A stretch of DNA of 60,747 nt from an uncultured Bacilli bacterium (GTDB lineage Bacteria > Bacillota_I > Bacilli_A > RFN20 > CAG-826), in NCBI GenBank assembly GCA_944350325.1, contig CALVOS010000038.1, forward strand, positions 1-60,747. The letters are read 5' to 3'. The notes under the pieces were generated by a model. That model did not search any database and was not told the DNA's origin. It saw only the letters and a list, made by a program, of their open reading frames with translations. The translations under genes and the position numbers were made by a program. Of the stretch, positions 58,845 through 60,747 are shown piece by piece; the first letter of the stretch is position 1, and every line of letters begins with the position of its first letter.

Positions 58845-60224
58845 TCAGTATTTTAAGGCGTTGCTGGTACGGGGGAAGAGCTGCACGTCGCGGATGTTCT
58901 GCATCCCCGTCACGTACATAAGGAGCCTGTCGAACCCGATCCCGAAGCCCGCGTGCGGGCAGCCCCCGTACCGGCGGAGGTTCCAGTACCAGTCCATGTC
59001 CTTGAGGCTTCCCATCTTGGCGCGGAGCCTCTCCGGGTCGTCCTCCCTCTGGGATCCTCCGACCAGCTCCCCTTCCCCAGGGACAAGGAGGTCCACCGCG
59101 GCGACGGTCTTCCCGTCGGGGTTCTCCTTCATGTAGAAGGCCTTGATCTCCTTCGGGTAGTCGGTGAGGAAAAGAGGCCCGAGGGCGATCTTCTCGCAGA
59201 GGTATCGCTCATGCTCGCTCTGGAGGTCCATCCCCCAGAAGATGTCCTTGTTCTCGAAAGGTGCGCCTTCCTGGACGGCCTTCTTGAGGGCATCCACCGC
59301 CTCCGTATAGGTCATGTGGCGGAACGGGGAGTTCAGGACGTGCTCGAGCTTCTCCTTGAGGCCCGGGGCGATGAACTTGTCGAAGAAGGCGATCTCGTCG
59401 GGGCACTTCTCGAGGACGGTCCTGATCGCGTGCTTCAGGGAGGCCTCGATGACCTCCATGTCGCCCTTGAGGTCGCAGAAGGCCATCTCCGGCTCGATCA
59501 TCCAGAACTCCGAGGCGTGACGAGGGGTGTTGCTATGCTCCGCCCGGAAGGTGGGGCCGAAGGTGTAGATGTCCTTGAAGGCGAGGGCGAAGGCCTCCCC
59601 GTGCAGCTGGCCGGAGACCGTGAGGTGGGCCTCCTTCCCGAAGAAGTCGGTGAAAGGATCCTTCCCTTCCGTGGCGATGCGGAAGAGCTGGCCCGCGCCT
59701 TCGGCATCGTTCCCCGTGATGATGGGCGTATGGACGTAGACGAAGCCCCTCTCCTGGAAGAAGGAGTGGATCGCGTGGGCAAGGACGCTCCGGACGCGAT
59801 AGACGGCCTGGAAGGTGTTGGCCCGGGGCCGGAGGTAGGCCTGCTCCCGGAGGAACTCGAAGGAGGCCCTCTTCTTCTGGAGGGGATAGTCCTCCGCGAC
59901 GTCCCCGACGAGCTCGATCGAGGAAACGGAAAGCTCGAAGGGCTGCTTGTCGCTCGGGGAGGCCCGAAGGGTCCCGTGGCCGCGGATCGCCGCCCCGGTC
60001 TTGAGCCGGCTCATCATGTCGAAGCCCTCGTTCTCCTTCGTATAGACAAGCTGGAGGGACAGGAAATGGGTGCCGTCATGAAGCTCGAGGAAGGCCAGCT
60101 GGCCGCTCGGACGATTGGTGCGCACCCACCCGGAGACGACCACGTCCCCAAGATTCAGGACGGGTTCGATCCCTTCCGCCCGGTAAAGGGCGATGAGCGA
60201 GCCTACGGTGACCGTTCGTTCCAT
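58845..60224 (-). CDS. asnS: Asparagine--tRNA ligase
   Basis: Full-length class IIb aaRS resemblance: an N-terminal OB domain (VSGWVRTNRPSGQLAFLELHDG), then FRAEHSNTPRHASEFWMIEPE and a C-terminal GFGIGFDRL. The start was moved to the ATG at 60224, which has an AGAGAGG RBS. Confidence 0.95.
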   Translation of the reverse strand: MERTVTVGSLIALYRAEGIEPVLNLGDVVVSGWVRTNRPSGQLAFLELHDGTHFLSLQLVYTKENEGFDMMSRLKTGAAIRGHGTLRASPSDKQPFELSVSSIELVGDVAEDYPLQKKRASFEFLREQAYLRPRANTFQAVYRVRSVLAHAIHSFFQERGFVYVHTPIITGNDAEGAGQLFRIATEGKDPFTDFFGKEAHLTVSGQLHGEAFALAFKDIYTFGPTFRAEHSNTPRHASEFWMIEPEMAFCDLKGDMEVIEASLKHAIRTVLEKCPDEIAFFDKFIAPGLKEKLEHVLNSPFRHMTYTEAVDALKKAVQEGAPFENKDIFWGMDLQSEHERYLCEKIALGPLFLTDYPKEIKAFYMKENPDGKTVAAVDLLVPGEGELVGGSQREDDPERLRAKMGSLKDMDWYWNLRRYGGCPHAGFGIGFDRLLMYVTGMQNIRDVQLFPRTSNALKY

Positions 60225-60354
60225 GGAGATTACCTCTCTTTGCCAAGTGGTTATAAGGCGCGCGCGAAGGAAAGACAAGGGAAGGAGCCGGAAGGACGGC
60301 CAAAGATGCCCGAAGGAAGAGGAAGAACGAGGCCGGAAGGCATAGACTTCCCTT

Positions 60355-60747
60355 ATGAAAAAGCTGCTGATCATCCCTGCCCTCCTGCTTGCTCTTGCAG
60401 GCTGCGCGCCGGAAGAGGGCGCCTCCTCCACCAACTCGTCCACCGCCTCCTCCAGTGCTTCCTCCAGCGCCTCCCTGACGGCCTCCGAGAGCGAAGGATC
60501 CTCTTCTCTCGTCGAGGAGGATCCCGTCGAAAGCAAGGACGTCCTTCTCCTCCCTGAGGATGCCCCCGCCCCGAACGCAGGGTCATACCCCGAGCCAGGG
60601 ACGATCGAGGTCGACGGAGCGACATTCGCCTACCAGAACGTCATGCAAGGCGGAGGAGACGACGCCGGCACGATCCAGATCCGAAAGGAGAACTCCTACA
60701 TCCGCCTGGAAAGCGACCACGCCTTCAACCAGGTCATCCTCGTCCAG
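60355..60747 (+). CDS. Lipoprotein, 5' partial (runs off the right window edge)
   Basis: MKKLLIIPALLLALAGC has a lipobox (LAGC), followed by a Ser/Ala/Thr-rich linker. The frame is open to the end of the window. Confidence 0.7.
   Translation, partial: MKKLLIIPALLLALAGCAPEEGASSTNSSTASSSASSSASLTASESEGSSSLVEEDPVESKDVLLLPEDAPAPNAGSYPEPGTIEVDGATFAYQNVMQGGGDDAGTIQIRKENSYIRLESDHAFNQVILVQ

Noticed and set aside
60225-60354. T-box or other leader riboswitch upstream of asnS
   Set aside because: The whole divergent intergenic region is about 130 nt. It contains no specifier or T-box-like elements and is too short for a T-box leader.
58953-60557. 534-aa plus-strand ORF
   Set aside because: It is antisense to asnS. 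The same applies to 43137-44651 (antisense to gatB), 12932-14104 (antisense to the patatin gene), 52850-53908 (antisense to ligA), 17058-18053 (antisense to ugd) and 38035-39138 (alternative frame within the Wzy-like gene).

Overview
High-GC bacterial chromosome segment. The gene order (pcrA-ligA, gatCAB, asnS) looks Bacillota-like, and desulfoferrodoxin suggests an anaerobe; both points are inference. Most long ORFs in the six-frame track are antisense artefacts of the GC content. I count about 55 real genes, mostly on the minus strand.

(1) nt 1-6600 hold a complete type II-A CRISPR-Cas module: tracrRNA(+), cas9-cas1-cas2-csn2(-), a leader, and one 36-nt repeat cut by the left window edge.

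(2) nt 6.7-14.9 kb hold mixed accessory and housekeeping genes: a DUF4143-type AAA ATPase with a phased triple repeat upstream, an orphan gene, desulfoferrodoxin, LysR divergent from a CPA2 antiporter, a codon-mosaic Fic gene, a patatin-like lipase and gpmA.

(3) nt 15-42 kb hold a large cell-surface polysaccharide locus. It contains glf, a UDP-GlcA 4-epimerase, ugd, a LicD-like gene, capE/capF/capG (UDP-L-FucNAc), several glycosyltransferases, an acetyltransferase, two Wzy-like proteins, a Wzx flippase fused to a GLUG-repeat ectodomain, a degenerate ABC-like membrane protein, a frameshifted TupA-like ATP-grasp gene, a hydrolase and galE.

This locus is interrupted at 19.3-21.7 kb by an A/T-rich islet. 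The islet carries a Pol-beta-type nucleotidyltransferase-like gene, an AAA_21/ABC-type ATPase and a truncated TOPRIM-like partner. It is the best candidate here for a decayed or atypical anti-phage module.

(4) nt 42-60.7 kb hold a DUF1836-like gene, gatCAB, a divergent pair of MacB-architecture ABC fusion proteins, a GT-C-like membrane protein, ligA, pcrA, three membrane proteins, a small TM ORF, asnS and a partial lipoprotein. No rRNA, tRNA, transposase or integrase was seen.
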